Shown: positions 1 to 13,742, counted from the stretch's first letter. The stretch: DNA of 64,000 nt from Octopus vulgaris (GCA_951406725.2 OX597833.1:46314001-46378000), one strand, 5' to 3'. Made by a program: numbers and translations. The notes: generated by a model from the letters alone, not told the origin.

Positions 1-147
1 CTCTACCCTACTTTTCACTCTTTCTCTTTTCTTACGTCCAACTGCTTTCGTTCTTTCAAGAATAATTATTGTTGAAAGCACCTGCACGACATAATGCCAT
101 ATGCAAGGAAAAGGGGTTCTCTCTGTCTCTCGCTCTCTTTCACTTTG

Positions 148-405
148 TATGTATGTATGTATGTATGTATGTATGTATGTATGTATGTATGTATGTATGT
201 ATGTATGAATGTATGTATGTATGTATGTATGTATGTATGTATGTATGTATGTATGTATGTATGTATGTACGCCTGTATGTATGTATGTATGTATGCATGC
301 ATGTATGTATGTATGTGTGTATGTATGTATGTATGTATGTATGTACGCATGTATGTATGTATGTAAGTATGTATGTATGTATGTATGTATGTATGTATGT
401 ATGTA
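148..405. repeat. (TATG)n microsatellite
   Basis: Direct reading; it explains the MYVC/HTYI ORFs in the track. Representative of dozens of (TA)n, (TG)n, (AGAT)n and (ATAC)n tracts in the window. Confidence 0.98.
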
Positions 406-422
406 TCTATGTATCTTACATA

Positions 423-617
423 GGCGTAGGAGTGGCCGTGTGGTAAGTAGCTTGCTTACGAACCACATGGTACCGGGTTCAGTCCCACTGCGTGGCACCT
501 TGGGTAAGTGTCTTCTGCTATAGCCTTGGGCTGACCAAAGCCTTCTGAGTGGATTTGGTAGACGGAAACTGAAAGAATCCCGTCGTATATATGTATATAT
601 ATATATATATATATGTG

Positions 618-659
<42 letters not shown>

Positions 660-777
660 TGTCCCCCCAACATCGCTTGACAACCGATGCTGGTGTGTTT
701 ACGTCCCCGTAACTAAAGGCGGTGGTCCAGCATGGCCAAAATCAAATGACTGACACAAGTAAAAGAGTAAAAGAGTA
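423..777 (+). mobile_element. tRNA-derived SINE, family A, internally deleted copy
   Basis: Head GGCGTAGGAGTGGCCGTGTGGTAAG with B-box-like GGTTCAGTCCC, central microsatellite, tail AAGTAAAAGAG; more than 12 related copies in the window. Confidence 0.9.
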
Positions 778-932
778 TAGGGAGAGATTACGAAAGAAAC
801 AAAAGTCGAAGACAGGTGGTGCACAAAACAAACAGATATATTAGTATAACGCTCAGGAATAGAAAAAGTCTTTTACGTTTCGAGCCTACGCTCTTCTACA
901 GAAAGGGACACAGAAAAAACAAGGAGAGAAAC
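778..932 (-). mobile_element. Short Penelope-like terminal-repeat relic carrying a minimal hammerhead
   Basis: Homologous to 17048-17230 and 57383-57584 (shared CGCTCAGGAA...ACGTTTCGAGC..GCTCTTC on +). Confidence 0.6.
870..905 (-). ncRNA. Minimal type I hammerhead ribozyme motif, core variant CUGUAGA
   Basis: - strand: cuuu-CUGUAGA-a-gagc-guag-gcuc-GAAA-cg-UA/aaag. Stem I cuuu/aaag, stem II gagc/gcuc, palindromic ACGU in place of stem III. Confidence 0.65.
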
Positions 933-967
933 ATATATATATAAGCATAGGTAGGTAGGTAGAAAGG

Positions 968-1061
<94 letters not shown>

Positions 1062-1308
1062 TGCACGCAAGCCTGTAGGAAAAAAACATACATTGCATAT
1101 GCGTGTATCCTTGTTTGTATATATTCATACAGCTATGTATGTGCGTGTGCGCTAGTGTGCATGTGTGTGCATGCTTAAGTGCGTATGAGTGTGTTTCTGT
1201 GTGCGTGTGTATATGTGCGTGCATTTTGCGCGGCGTGCTAACGATTCTGTGAGCTCACCGTTTTATATTTATATACATATGTATATGTATTATGTATATA
1301 TGTATATA

Positions 1309-1356
<48 letters not shown>

Positions 1357-1416
1357 CAAGTACCCGATTTCTCCCAAGAATGCTTATTATTTTTATTGTT
1401 GTTGTTGTTATATTAA

Positions 1417-1812
1417 GTCGGCGAGCTGGCGGAATCTTTAGCACGCAGGACGAAATGCTTAGCGGTATTTCGTCTGCCGCTACGTTCTGAGTTCAAATTC
1501 CACCGAGGTCGACTTTACCTTTCATCCTTTAGGGGTCGATTAAATAAGTACCAGTTACGCACTGGGGTCGATATAATCGACTTAATCCGTTTTTCTGTCC
1601 TTGTTTGTCCTCTCTGTGTTTAGTTCCTTTTGGGTAGTAAAGAAATAGGTATTTCGCCCGTCGCTGCGTTCTGAGTTCAAATTCCACCAAGGTTGACTTT
1701 TTCTTTCATCCTTTCGGGGTCGATAAATTAAGTACCAGTTGAGTTCTGGGGTCGATGTAATCGACTACCTCTCCCCCAAATTTCAGACCTTGAGCCTTTA
1801 GTAGGAAGGATT
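1417..1812 (+). mobile_element. SINE family B (dimeric)
   Basis: GGCGAGCTGGC head, GAGTTCAAATTCC B-box-like motif, core GTCGACTTT..CTTTCATCCTTT.GGGGTCGAT..AAGTACCAG resembling the MetaSINE central domain; core is repeated. Confidence 0.88.
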
Positions 1813-2029
1813 AATATCACTATATATATATACATATATACATTGTGGTTGCCCCCTCGTTATCGAGTATGGCCATTGTACGAAGATTAATCAATGTTGT
1901 TATCGTGCAATGCCTGTGCAATAAGATTTTTTTAAAGTGAGGAAAGGTGTGCACAGAGTCAATCCTACTCACTAAGCAACAGCAGCCATAATCCGAAAAG
2001 AAGAACAAGTCAACATCATCGGTAACCAC

Positions 2030-2394
2030 TGAGCCGCAGGTTTTATGTCGGAGTTATCCCAGTTACCTGAGTTACCTTCTCCTAGAAGGATGCCCTAGCA
2101 AAAGCTAGGAGTCCTTCACTCCCAATGGTTTAACCGCGCGATCGGGTATTCAGTCCGATTATTTCTATGTCTCCGCGCATGATACTTCCTTAAGACATTT
2201 ATTGGATGGCCGTTGACTCTCAAGAGTTCCTCCGCCCTTTGACGGGTTTTGTTTTTCATCCCGAAGGGTGTCCAATAAACACCCTTCTCACCAAGCAAGC
2301 TTGGTGGGGTTGCCGGTTTAGTCACCGACGACCCGACCATGCAACAGGTTGTACTGGGTTACATGTTACCAGTAGCACTCGAAATTGACCTGAC
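2030..2394 (-). mobile_element. GC-richer repeat fragment, possibly a LINE UTR
   Basis: Compositionally distinct block between TA-rich tracts with short hairpins (GGGTGTCCAATAAACACCC, CCAAGCAAGCTTGG); no recognisable ORF. Class and strand are guesses. Confidence 0.3.
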
Positions 2395-2398
2395 ATAT

Positions 2399-2461
<63 letters not shown>

Positions 2462-2462
<1 letters not shown>

Positions 2463-2862
2463 TAATAAATAAATAAAACATATGCATATATACATACATA
2501 TATGTACGTACCTACCAAAAAAACGTCGAACACAATGAGAAACGAAAACATAAACACAAAACCAAGGAAATGGACATTTTTCTTAAACAACGAAAAAATA
2601 GAGTACAGGACATACAAAACAAGGAAAATTTCCCTTCTTCAGTCACCTTTGTTTCATATACTCCACGTTTCGAAGGTCAAGGCGATACATGACTTCAATG
2701 AAACTTTCCTTCCCGCGAAAATCAAATTAAATAAAATTTGAGATTTTTTTGGCGGAGGGGTAAAAATGGTAACAAAAACAGGACAGTAACGACAGTACAA
2801 AATATAAACAGTAAAAGACAGGACACGGAGAATAACAGTAACACGAACAAGAAGGGCTGTTA
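2462..2862 (-). mobile_element. Non-autonomous repeat carrying a rearranged hammerhead (family R, copy 1)
   Basis: Homologous to 60956-61445, 56525-56885, 32655-32822 and 60185-60460; flanked by (TA)n. Confidence 0.8.
2630..2704 (-). ncRNA. Candidate non-circularly permuted hammerhead ribozyme, intact core
   Basis: - strand: guuucau-ugaagu-caug-UA/ucgccuu-ga-ccuuc-GAAA-cgug-gaguau-augaaac-a-aagguga-CUGAAGA-aggg. Predicted cleavage after GUA, between 2686 and 2685. Confidence 0.7.
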
Positions 2863-2886
2863 AAAAAAAAAATATATATATATTTA

Positions 2887-3387
2887 CTAGCAGTATCGCT
2901 CGGCGTTGCTCGGGTTTGTAAGGGAAATAACTATATAAGCATTTTTAGAGAGTTACTTCCCTTATAGATGCCAATTCGGGCTTTCTTAGCCATTTCTGTT
3001 TTGGTGTCTTCAAGCCATGAAGTCGTTGTTCTAAAAGAACGCTGATCTCCTTGACAACGCTTTACGACGTTGATTTCCTTACACTCCCTTCCCCACAGCT
3101 TCACGAGGGAGGGAAGAAGAGGGAGAAGCAAAGAGGTGCAAGTGTGACCATGGACGCCAACTCCGCCGCCATCGACACACGAAAAATTATGCATTAAAAT
3201 GGAATAAAAAATGATGTTAAATTATTTTTAAAATCGTAGACTTATCGTAGACGCACGCTAATACTCAGACGGGCTCGATATGAATCACGACTATAAGATA
3301 CCCGAATTTGGTTAAACTGCACCGCAAAATGTGGGAGTAGTTAGGAATCTAAATCGAAGGGGACAGACACTCACACAACTACAGTTT

Positions 3388-3395
<8 letters not shown>
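2887..3395 (-). mobile_element. Non-autonomous Helitron
   Basis: - strand ends in a CCCGAGCAACGCCGAGCG hairpin followed by CTAG|T; same family as 19366-19761. Confidence 0.8.
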
Positions 3396-3449
<54 letters not shown>

Positions 3450-4367
3450 TATAAATAATAATAAGCTCAAGCTTATAAGTGTTCACTGTATATTGGATAT
3501 AGAAAATAGTCTAATATTGGGGCATTTAAGTCCTGGACGGAAAAGCATTATAGACTTCGTTATTTTCAATATTCCTATTTTTGATGCTCGACTAGTTTAT
3601 TTCGCCCTTTTTTTTTTTTTGTAGGAAGTGAGACCCTGCATCCGGTGCCACCTGGAGGTATATACGAACTTTTAGTCTGAAGTTCAAGTAAATAACTAAG
3701 CTCATTGCCTGTTGAAGTTATTCATTACCTCGTCAATCAGTTAATGTAAAAATAAGATGGCGTAAAATATATTCTATTCTCGAGCAGGAAGTTAATATTC
3801 ATAAGAAAAGAACTGAATAAATAAATAACAAAATACCGGAACATATGACTTAATGAGTTTAGTTTTGTCCTTCGACGGTCTGAATATAAATCTACTACTA
3901 TAGTTTTACTATTTTCTCACCCTTATGGTTTGGATAAAGGAAGTACCAAAGGTACATACGGGTATTTTTACAATCGATAGTGAATATCTTATTACAAATT
4001 TTTTGTCCTCACAGCAAGGTGAAAAATCAATATTTATGAGACCACGTGTGTGCGTGTGTGTGTGGGGGACTATGGATTTACAGAATCAGTGAAGCGTCTG
4101 AGAAAAAGCATATAGCACGTGGTATTTCATTATGAGTCCTTACACTTTCTGAGTTTAAATTCGAATAGGGCCGACTTAGCCTTTGATTCCTCCGGGATCT
4201 ATAAAATAAAGTAATAATCAAAAACTACAGTGGGTTTAATCTATTATACTCAACTCTCCAAGTTAAAATGTGTGACTTAGTACCATTTGAGTCTACCTAT
4301 TGAGTAGTACCTATTGAGTCTACCATAGTACCTATGGTAGGTTCAATATTTATGTGGCAGCATAAAT

Positions 4368-4500
4368 GAAGGTGTATGGCCTACTGGTTACGATGTTGTT
4401 GTTCACGATCACAAGATCACGGTTTCAATTACCGGTACTGAGCGCAAAACACTTCATTGCACGTTGCTCCCTTTCACTCAAGCGTAAATGAGTAACCCTG
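4368..4500 (+). mobile_element. Diverged SINE family C fragment
   Basis: Matches 14217-14460 and 22570-22815 (GAGC..AAAACACTTCATT.CACGTTGCTCC...AAATGAGTAAC). Confidence 0.65.
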
Positions 4501-4895
4501 ACGCCCTGTTGAGGGTGAGTTATTAGTGGTGTGGCGGTTGATGATATCGGTCACTCATGCGCCATGGAAACCGAGTAGGCGGCCTTATTACCCCAAGGGC
4601 TTGAGACAGTAATGTCAAGAGTTTTATGATGGTGATGATATGTGCTTGTGGCTTGGGGGAGTTCTTCCGGTAAGCTGCAGAGTTTGCGGCCCTGTTTCAA
4701 TTCCCTATTGAAGCCAATTATCCATCTCTTGTTTGTGATAATGTTCTTTTTTAAAGACATAAATTTCACTTGACATTTTGCTATCTCCCTCCAACTTTAG
4801 CATGTTTGTTTTTGTGAGTAAAAAAAAAATAATAAAACAATCTTGGGCACATATCTTCTACTATACCCTCAGGACGACCAATGCCTTGTAAGTTT

Positions 4896-5091
4896 CAGTG
4901 GTTATCAACCATTTTGATATCCGGGTCAGACCCAAAATCTGGATTTTTTAGGGGACCGTGCCAAAAAAAGTAAAACACAAATCAGTTAAAGGAAAACTTA
5001 TTTTCATAAAGGGAGGTCATTAGGGACCTTAGCATTTTTTCCGGCATGCTAAATGATTCTGCCAGCTCACCGGCTTCCGCAGGACCTAAAA
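4896..5091. mobile_element. hAT-like MITE left part, abutting the mariner
   Basis: Starts with CAGTGGTTATCAACC, a hAT/Charlie-like terminus. Confidence 0.4.
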
Positions 5092-5093
5092 TA

Positions 5094-6362
5094 TCAGGTC
5101 ATCCCATAAGTTCTGTCCGAATTTTGGATAAAGAAAACAAGTGATCAAATGTTATATTTAATTGCAATTTAATCATCAATGTACTTTCCCTGATAATTTT
5201 ATAACTTCCATCTATTTACAAGCTTTTTAATCCCATCAATGTAAAACTCTTTTGGTTTCAAAGCGAAGAACTCTGAAATGTCAGTTTCGACTTTCTTCTG
5301 GCTTGTGAAAGTTATGTCCCCCAAATGATTCTGTAAACTACGAAACAAATGGTAGTCTGAAGGAGCATGGTCGGGAGAATAAGGTGGATGAGGAATTTTT
5401 CCCAACCAAGCTCTTCGATCTTCTGTCATATGATCTTTGCAATGTGGGGTAACGCATTGTCCTGATGAAACGTCACTCCTTTTGGATTTACTAAAGCGGG
5501 TCTTTTTTTCTTCAAAGCTTGGCTCAAACGCTCTAATTGCTGACAGTAGACTTGAGCATTGATTGTTGCATTAGAAGTGAATTACTCCTTTGCAATTCCA
5601 CCAGATATAGAGAAGAACCTTTTTCCCATGAAGTTCCCTTTTCAGTAGTGGTTGAGCTTTTTCCTTTTTACCAAGCGACTGTTTACTACGTTTAACATTT
5701 CGATAGAAGATCCATTTTTCGTCACCAGTCACAAGTCTATCCAAAAAGGGTGAAATGAGTTCGCGAGGATGGAGAGAAGAGCAGATGTCAACTCGGGATT
5801 TGCGGTTGCTTTCGGAAAATTCATGAGGCACCCATTTTCCAAGTTTTGCAAACTTTCCATGTTGTTGAAGATGACAATGAACAGTTGTATGGTTTGAACT
5901 AAGCTTTATTGCCAATTCTTCAACTGATAATGCAGGATTTTCTTCAAGTAATGCTTCAAGGAGCTTATCATCAAACTCAACTGGACGTCCAGCTCGGTCT
6001 TCATCTCCAAGACTGAAATCTTTACTTCTGAATTTTGCAAACCATCTTTTGTAAGTTCTTTCATTCAAGCATTCTTTCCCATAAATTGAGTGTATGTTTC
6101 GAGTCGCTTCGACTGTAGAGTTTTCTTTTTTGTACTCATAAAGCATTATGTGCCTCAAATGCTCTTTGGATACTTCCATATTAGAAGGGGTTTTTATGAA
6201 AGGACTTTTGATTCTATTATTCTGTAAGATAATATTTAATTAGTTTAAATGTACACAAATGCATCAAAATAATTTTTAATTCCATTAGACATTCTAAAAT
6301 ACTATTAAATTTCATTCATTTTTAAAAAGGTAAACTCGGACAGAACTAATGGGATGGCCTGA
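5094..6362 (-). mobile_element. Full-length mariner transposon (about 1.27 kb)
   Basis: TIRs TCAGGTCATCCCATAAGTTCTGTCCGA and TCGGACAGAACTAATGGGATGGCCTGA; TA target duplication at 5092-5093 and 6363-6364. Confidence 0.95.
5170..6179 (-). pseudogene. Mariner D,D34D-type transposase, disrupted
   Basis: HTH N-terminus, WVPHEF, VTGDEKW, HQDNA and YSPDHAPSDY motifs; in-frame stop at 5571-5573 and downstream frameshifts. Confidence 0.95.
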
Positions 6363-6930
6363 TAGTAAAGAAAGAAAATGATGCTAAAATTATAAGCTGG
6401 AAGCATAGCTTGTCTTTGATCTGTGTCTGTAACATCATCAAATTTTGAAAGTTAGGATTTTGCAGTCCGGGATCAAGAAATGTGTACAAAGTATCAAACA
6501 GACAAAAAACGATGCTGGAAGCTTTAAACTCCTAAGTTGTGGATCAAAATGTCTGTTAAATCACATTTCTGTGGAACATATTATATATGCAATCAGTAAC
6601 TCCTAAAAAGGTACAGCTTTCCAATATGGCATCAGTCCCCAAACTATTTTTGCTCTACGGACTGATTTCATGCGAGACAGTTTTCCCATGAACAAGGGAT
6701 CACGTGTATAACAAGACACAACAAAGTTCATAATATATAAGGCCAATTATTGGTTTCAAATTTTGGCACCAGGCAACCGTTTTCTCAGGAACGCCAAGAG
6801 TAAAAGATGTCTTATGTGACACATTCTACCAGTATACGAAGTTTGAAAGTGTTTAGTTACAAAAAATTATTTTTTAAATCTGTCGGTCAAAAGGTAAAGA
6901 TCCGCCGTTAGTTTCGCTTCAACATCCAAA

Positions 6931-7058
6931 TTTCATTTGTGTCAAAAAATTTTCGTTACTTTGAAACCGCGACCTGTTCACTGATAAAACTTGGGGAAGC
7001 TTTGTCAGTGAACAGGTCGCGGTTTCAAAGTGACGAACATATTTTAAAACAAATGAAG
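6931..7058. repeat. Inverted repeat (about 55-60 bp arms, short loop)
   Basis: TTCGTTACTTTGAAACCGCGACCTGTTCACTGATAAA versus TTTGTCAGTGAACAGGTCGCGGTTTCAAAGTGACGAA. Confidence 0.9.
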
Positions 7059-7061
7059 TTT

Positions 7062-7309
7062 AAATGTTGATGGTTTCCTGCGAGAGAAGGAGTTCAAAAC
7101 TCAAACCGATGCTGAAAGTGCGTTCAAAGAGTTCATCAGCTCCAGAACTCCATATTTTTAAGTTACCGGAATAAACAAACTTGTAACTCGTTGGCAATGT
7201 GTTGATTGTAATGGTACTTACTTTGAGGAATAAAATTTCCGCATTGTTGAAATATGTTGAGATGAACTTCATGTTTCAAAACGTTGCTTATATTTTACTC
7301 AGCCTGATA
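7062..7309 (+). mobile_element. Mariner 3' fragment
   Basis: Translates DGFLREKEFKTQTDAESAFKEFISSRTP..GINKLVTRWQ..CVDCNGTYFEE*, then a TIR-like end CAGCCTGATA. Confidence 0.85.
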
Positions 7310-7311
7310 CG

Positions 7312-7363
<52 letters not shown>

Positions 7364-7625
7364 GAGAGAGAGAGAGAGAGATGTGGGAGAGGTGAGATAG
7401 ATAAATTTACATACACAAACTCATATACATAAACACAAATGCATATACATACATATATATATATATACACACATATGCAAACACACACTCAAACGTGTGT
7501 GTATATCCGTCTGTCGGTATGTGAGCATGTATGTTTGCACCTATATAAGTGTATGTTTATAGATGGATGTGACTATATAAATGAGTATAAGTGTCTCTAA
7601 GACCGTTTGTTTGTAGGTGTCTGTG

Positions 7626-7676
<51 letters not shown>

Positions 7677-7749
7677 GTCTATGTCTGTCAGTGAGTGTCT
7701 ATGGGCATATCCGCTGTGTACAAAATGTATGTGTACGTCTGAACGAACA

Positions 7750-7797
<48 letters not shown>

Positions 7798-8385
7798 TGT
7801 GTGCACAAGAGAGATAGAGACAGACAGACAGAAAAGAGGAGAGATAGTGAGAATGAGAGTGAGTATAACAGAATGGTATTGCTGTGATAAATAAGATTTG
7901 GACGTTAATAGAGATTAAAAAGAAAGGAATGGGTCAGATTTAGGGCGGATTCTGATGGAAAATAAAAACGTAACACAAGGTTGATATACGCTAAAGAATA
8001 GAATATAGCCAGGTGTGTTTCTTTCGGATACATTATCGGAGTAGTAGTGGTGGTGGGTGTAGTTTTGGTATGGGAAGTGGCGGCGGCGGTGGCGGTGGCG
8101 GTGGCGGTGGTGGTAGGGGAGGCGGTGGGGACGGTGATGCTATTTTGGTGATGGCCTATGTGGTTGATGGGTGTGGAGGTAGGTACCCGTGAAGGCGATT
8201 AGGGCCCGTCCACGGAGGCGGTTACTTCACACACAGACATACACACACACATACGCACACGCACACACATACACACAGGCGCGCACGCACACATACACAC
8301 ATCATAAATGCACACACACACACATACAGGTAGAGCTGTGAACAAAATCACTCAGTTTCTATAGATAATTAGTTCTAAAGAAAGC

Positions 8386-8505
<120 letters not shown>

Positions 8506-9354
8506 ATATATATGCACACACATACATATATATGTATATGTGAATGTATGTATATGTGTATATATGTTTGGATGCATATATGCATGTGTGCGTGAGTGTG
8601 TGTATGTGTGTGTGGGTGGGTGGGTTTATGGATGGGTGGGTGTAAAAGGTATGCAAATGAGCCAGTGTTGTTACATTGTGTCGATTGTAATCATTTCCTC
8701 TAATAGAACAGATGGTACAAAAGAGACGAAGATAGACTCTGAGACAGAAAGCGAGAGAGACAGACAGACAGACCGACAGACAGACAGACAGAAGGACAGA
8801 CAGACAGAAGGTGAGAGAGAGAAAGAGAGAGAGAGAGAGAGCAGGACGAATGGAGAACGGTTGGTAAACTATACCAGAACATTGAAATTAACTGCTATCT
8901 AATAAGGCAGAAAATGGCCGAATAAAGAAAAGAGGAGACGGGGTTTAGGGTAGGGTCTGCATATAGCGGCCGTCGTGGTGTCGGTGGTGTCGGTGGTGGT
9001 GGTGGTGGTGGTGGTGGTGGTGTGTTATGATCGTCCTTCTGTCTGTATAAATATTCTAGAGTATTCATCAAAGGTGTTGTGGGGTTAAAGATACACGACA
9101 ATGCGGGTTAGAGTAAGGGGTTTAGAATGATACTCGGATAAAATCAGAGGGATAAGGTAAGGGTTAAGGTGAGGGTTAAGGTTAGGGATTTGATCTGTGC
9201 GTGTGTGTGCGTGTGTGTGAGTGTGCGTGCGCGCGTGTGTGTGTGTGAGTGTGTGTGTATGTATGCATATATATATATATATATATATATACACACGCAC
9301 ATTCATACCTATATATATATATACTTATACATATATATACTATATATGTATATA

Positions 9355-9445
<91 letters not shown>

Positions 9446-9459
9446 TATATATATATCAC

Positions 9460-9540
<81 letters not shown>

Positions 9541-10074
9541 GATTCAACAATACGGAAGTGAAATCAAAAGAGAGCCTAGACGGTGGCAATGTTTGTAAGA
9601 GGTTGGGGACGTGGTGTAGGCTAAGGGTTGGGAATTTTTTTTCTAAAAAATAAAAACAAATAAAAGCAGGCTTTCCAAAAACACTACACCTCGAAAACGT
9701 TGCATGAAAGAATAAAAGACTTCAAATTGAATAGCCGAATATGTCATTTTGTAAAACGCCATATCCGCCCTTGAAAGGAAACGAAGAGGAAAATCGGGAA
9801 AAAAAAGGGGTCTGGGGAGAAAATGAAGTAAGACGAAAAGAAAATAGGGTTGGTTGGTTGGGTGGTTGGGAGGGGGGGGGGAGAAGAAGCTGCTCTATTA
9901 GTTTTCCGCGTGTATTTTGTATATAATATGGAGCAAACTATGAGCCCATGAGTTCTATCGTTGCTAGACACCGTATACGTATGTATACGTATATGTACGT
10001 GTGCATATATATACATATGCATGCGTGTGTGTGTATATATATGCATGTATATATATATATATATATTTATATAC

Positions 10075-10108
<34 letters not shown>

Positions 10109-10124
10109 TTATATACATACATAC

Positions 10125-10157
<33 letters not shown>

Positions 10158-10166
10158 CATACATAC

Positions 10167-10245
<79 letters not shown>

Positions 10246-11103
10246 CATATATATATATATACATACATATATATATATATTGTATATCTATACATACACA
10301 CACGCACGCACGCACACATACAGATACACACGCACACACATATACACACACATCCATTCGTAAATTAGTTGATTTATTAGAGATAAACCACGAAGCCAAA
10401 AAGTTTCATACAAAAAAAAAGGAAAGGAACAAAGACGAAAGGAGGGAATAAAGAATAGAGAAAAGAACCCTTAAAATGTCCGACTTTGAGGAAAACTAAT
10501 CAATCAACGGAATTTAAATATGGGGTGTGAACCCTACTCTTACCTAAAAGGAAACGGCTTTTGAACGCCGAATAGATTGAAGTTTTCCGTTGATTTTAAG
10601 GATAAAACAGCTTGTTGGTGGAGCAAACTTCCACCCCGGCTGTTCCTCATACAAACAAACACACATATGCACACGTGAATATTTATGTATATCTATACAT
10701 ATACTTCCAGTATCATCATTTTACTTTTCATATATTTTTATCTATTTATACAGTTGTTTTTCATCATTACTCGCCTCCACACACCAAGAATTACACACTC
10801 CTTCCCCTATGACTATCCTGATAAAAGAATACTTCCTATACATGCACACATTATCCTCCCTCCTCCTCCCTACCCGGCCCCTAAACCCTTTCCCCTTTTT
10901 TCCAACCACTTTTTTTCTCGTTCTTTTTATTTTTCACACCAACTTCCTCATTATTTAATCTTTTCTGGTGAAGGACTAACATCCAAAACGTCAAGACACT
11001 GTTCGTCATAAGTGTTAAACTAAAACAACATTTTAAAAATCTTTTCCCTCTTGTGTTGTCATATTTTTATACTCATTGGCGAATATATATTAAATTACAT
11101 ATA

Positions 11104-11138
<35 letters not shown>

Positions 11139-11181
11139 CAAATGAAAGACAGAAGATGGAATATACGAGAATATATTATTA

Positions 11182-11284
11182 ATCACAACAATTGTTTCGA
11201 TACATCTAGCATCGACTCCTCTTGTGGGACATACAAAAACTGGTACAGGAGTATCCGATTGTGCAGAGTATCTCATCGGGTGAT
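11182..11284 (-). ncRNA. Type I hammerhead ribozyme motif with long stem II
   Basis: - strand: aucac-CCGAUGA-gauac...guauc-GAAA-caauug-UU/gugau. Stem I 5 bp; stem II 5 bp extended by further helices (acuccu/aggagu); palindromic ACAAUUGU stem III. Sits in a ~300 bp insert (11137-11436) between TA tracts. Confidence 0.7.
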
Positions 11285-11435
11285 AAATAACTAAAAAAAA
11301 TCTGTTAAAATGACAGTTCCATAATGCAACTCTTCGTTTTGCAGAGAGAAAAAACAGCCAGACGGAGGAAAATTCTTCATATATATAGAAGATCCAAAAA
11401 TCAAATTGTAGAAGACACTTAATCCAGCGAGAAAA

Positions 11436-11562
<127 letters not shown>

Positions 11563-11859
11563 TTTATATATATATCCACACTCACACATTCATTCTTAGA
11601 TTGATTTCTTCAAAATTATTATTATTATTATTTATTTTTGTAACGAATTGGTACAATCGATGGAACTGATTGAACATTATTAGAATTTGGGAGAAAAAAA
11701 AGAAAATTATTCAACATAAGTAAATGAATGAATTGTGAAATTTTTAGGTCGCTGAGGATTTGAACCCTGAAAGTAGAGAGCCGACACCGAGTGTTATAGT
11801 ACATTTAATCCATTGTAGCTCTGTCTCAGTCACTTCTTGCATGTCTTAATTTATATATC

Positions 11860-12030
11860 TTCTTAATTTTGGCACAAGACCATCACTTTTGAGAGAGCGA
11901 ATAGTCGATTTCATCAACCACACAGTTCAACTGGTGTTCATATTATCAACCACGATAAAAATGAAAAGCTAAGTCACATCGGCGGGATTTGAACTCAGAA
12001 CGTAAAACGCCAAAAGAAATACCGCTAAGC
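11860..12030 (-). mobile_element. Diverged SINE family B
   Basis: GGCGGGATTTGAACTCAGAACGTAAA...AAATACCGCTAAGCA on +. Confidence 0.7.
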
Positions 12031-12855
12031 ATATGGCAGTGTCGGATATGGCCGGGTGGCCCTTACACAACTTACATGTCCTACATGAGAGAGGCATGGG
12101 AAATGGTGGGATACAAGAACTCAAGCGGCACTGAAGATAATGCTGGATATATTGATGGATATATCGATGAGTTGGAGGTGAAAAAGCCTCGTTAGGGGGT
12201 TTGAAACCTCATCTTATTGCATTATTTGTAGTGGTTTATAACCTCAATTGTGTGTTTAAAAAAAACATGTTATGTAAGAAGCTTTAGTGCCTCCTTTTTG
12301 TAAGAGGTTTGAAACCTCATATTGATTAAAAAAAAAAGAAAATATGTTTTCGAGAAAAATCCAAATCGGCGGGTGTTGGGTTTCGTCTCTCATTTATTCA
12401 TTTTATTTTATTTTCATTCATTAATGTGTTTGACCAGCCCGCAGCTACTCTGTATACTGCCTTTTATGGCAAATAAAATGAAATAAGCACACCTCAATGT
12501 TTCAGTTTTACAATGACAAATACTTTGAATTTAGTCGATGTCACGTGCATGTGCTGTACAGGTAACATAAAAATTCTGTTACGTTTGTTTCGATGTTATG
12601 AAATAAAATATGTTTGGTGCTGCAGCCTGATTGATTTATGCCGCTTAATGATTAATGTCTCGTGTCACTTTTGGCTGCACTAAATGCTTACTTTATACGT
12701 GCATAGAGAATTCGAGATGCACGTATGTGCTAAATCATAACCATAAATCCAAACTCTCTGCATCCATTAGTCTGGGAACTTGGCAGCTCAGTGATAACGT
12801 TGTCTCCACATTTATTGACGAAAAAAGACACACACACATATACACACACACACAA

Positions 12856-12937
<82 letters not shown>

Positions 12938-13574
12938 TACAAATTTTCTATGTGTACCCTGTCGATGACTTATTGACTTATACAATATATACGCGCATTC
13001 GCTTACACGTGTTTACACGCACGTGCATATAAGCAATCATGTGTGTGTGTGTATGCGTGTGTTTGTATACATAAACATACGCATATATATATATATATAT
13101 ATATATACTTCTATACATACATACATACATACATACATACATACATACATACATACATACGTACGTACGTACATTTATCCATGCACATTTACATACATAA
13201 CATTGACACTTATATACGCTGTTGGCTCTCGTTTACAATGAAGACACAGCGGGAAGACACGCGGAAAAACAACCCGGAATACTAAATTTTTACCTGAGTG
13301 AGAAAGGGTCTTGACAATTGCTTCAAACTATGAAAGAACCAGCATTTGTCACTATTCTGACACCAGCAGTCAAATAGATGGTAGATATTTACTTAAATTT
13401 CTGTCAAAATCTCAACCAATTCAATGACATCTGTATATATGCATGTATATGTATGTGCGTTTGTGTATATATTTATATACACATCTAAATGTATATATGT
13501 GTGTGCGTATACGTACACATATATATATGTATACACATATGTATATACATATGTATATGTATATACGTGTGTGT

Positions 13575-13625
<51 letters not shown>

Positions 13626-13642
13626 CATATATATATATATAT

Positions 13643-13742
<100 letters not shown>

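Noticed and set aside
423-495. tRNA-like A/B boxes in SINE heads
   Set aside because: No cloverleaf seen and all continue into SINE bodies; not tRNA genes.
8941-9190. TTAGGG-like motifs
   Set aside because: Scattered and degenerate; not a telomeric array.
12040-12485. Possible LINE 3' end with a GGTTTGAAACCTCAT direct repeat
   Set aside because: No diagnostic motif or second copy in the window.
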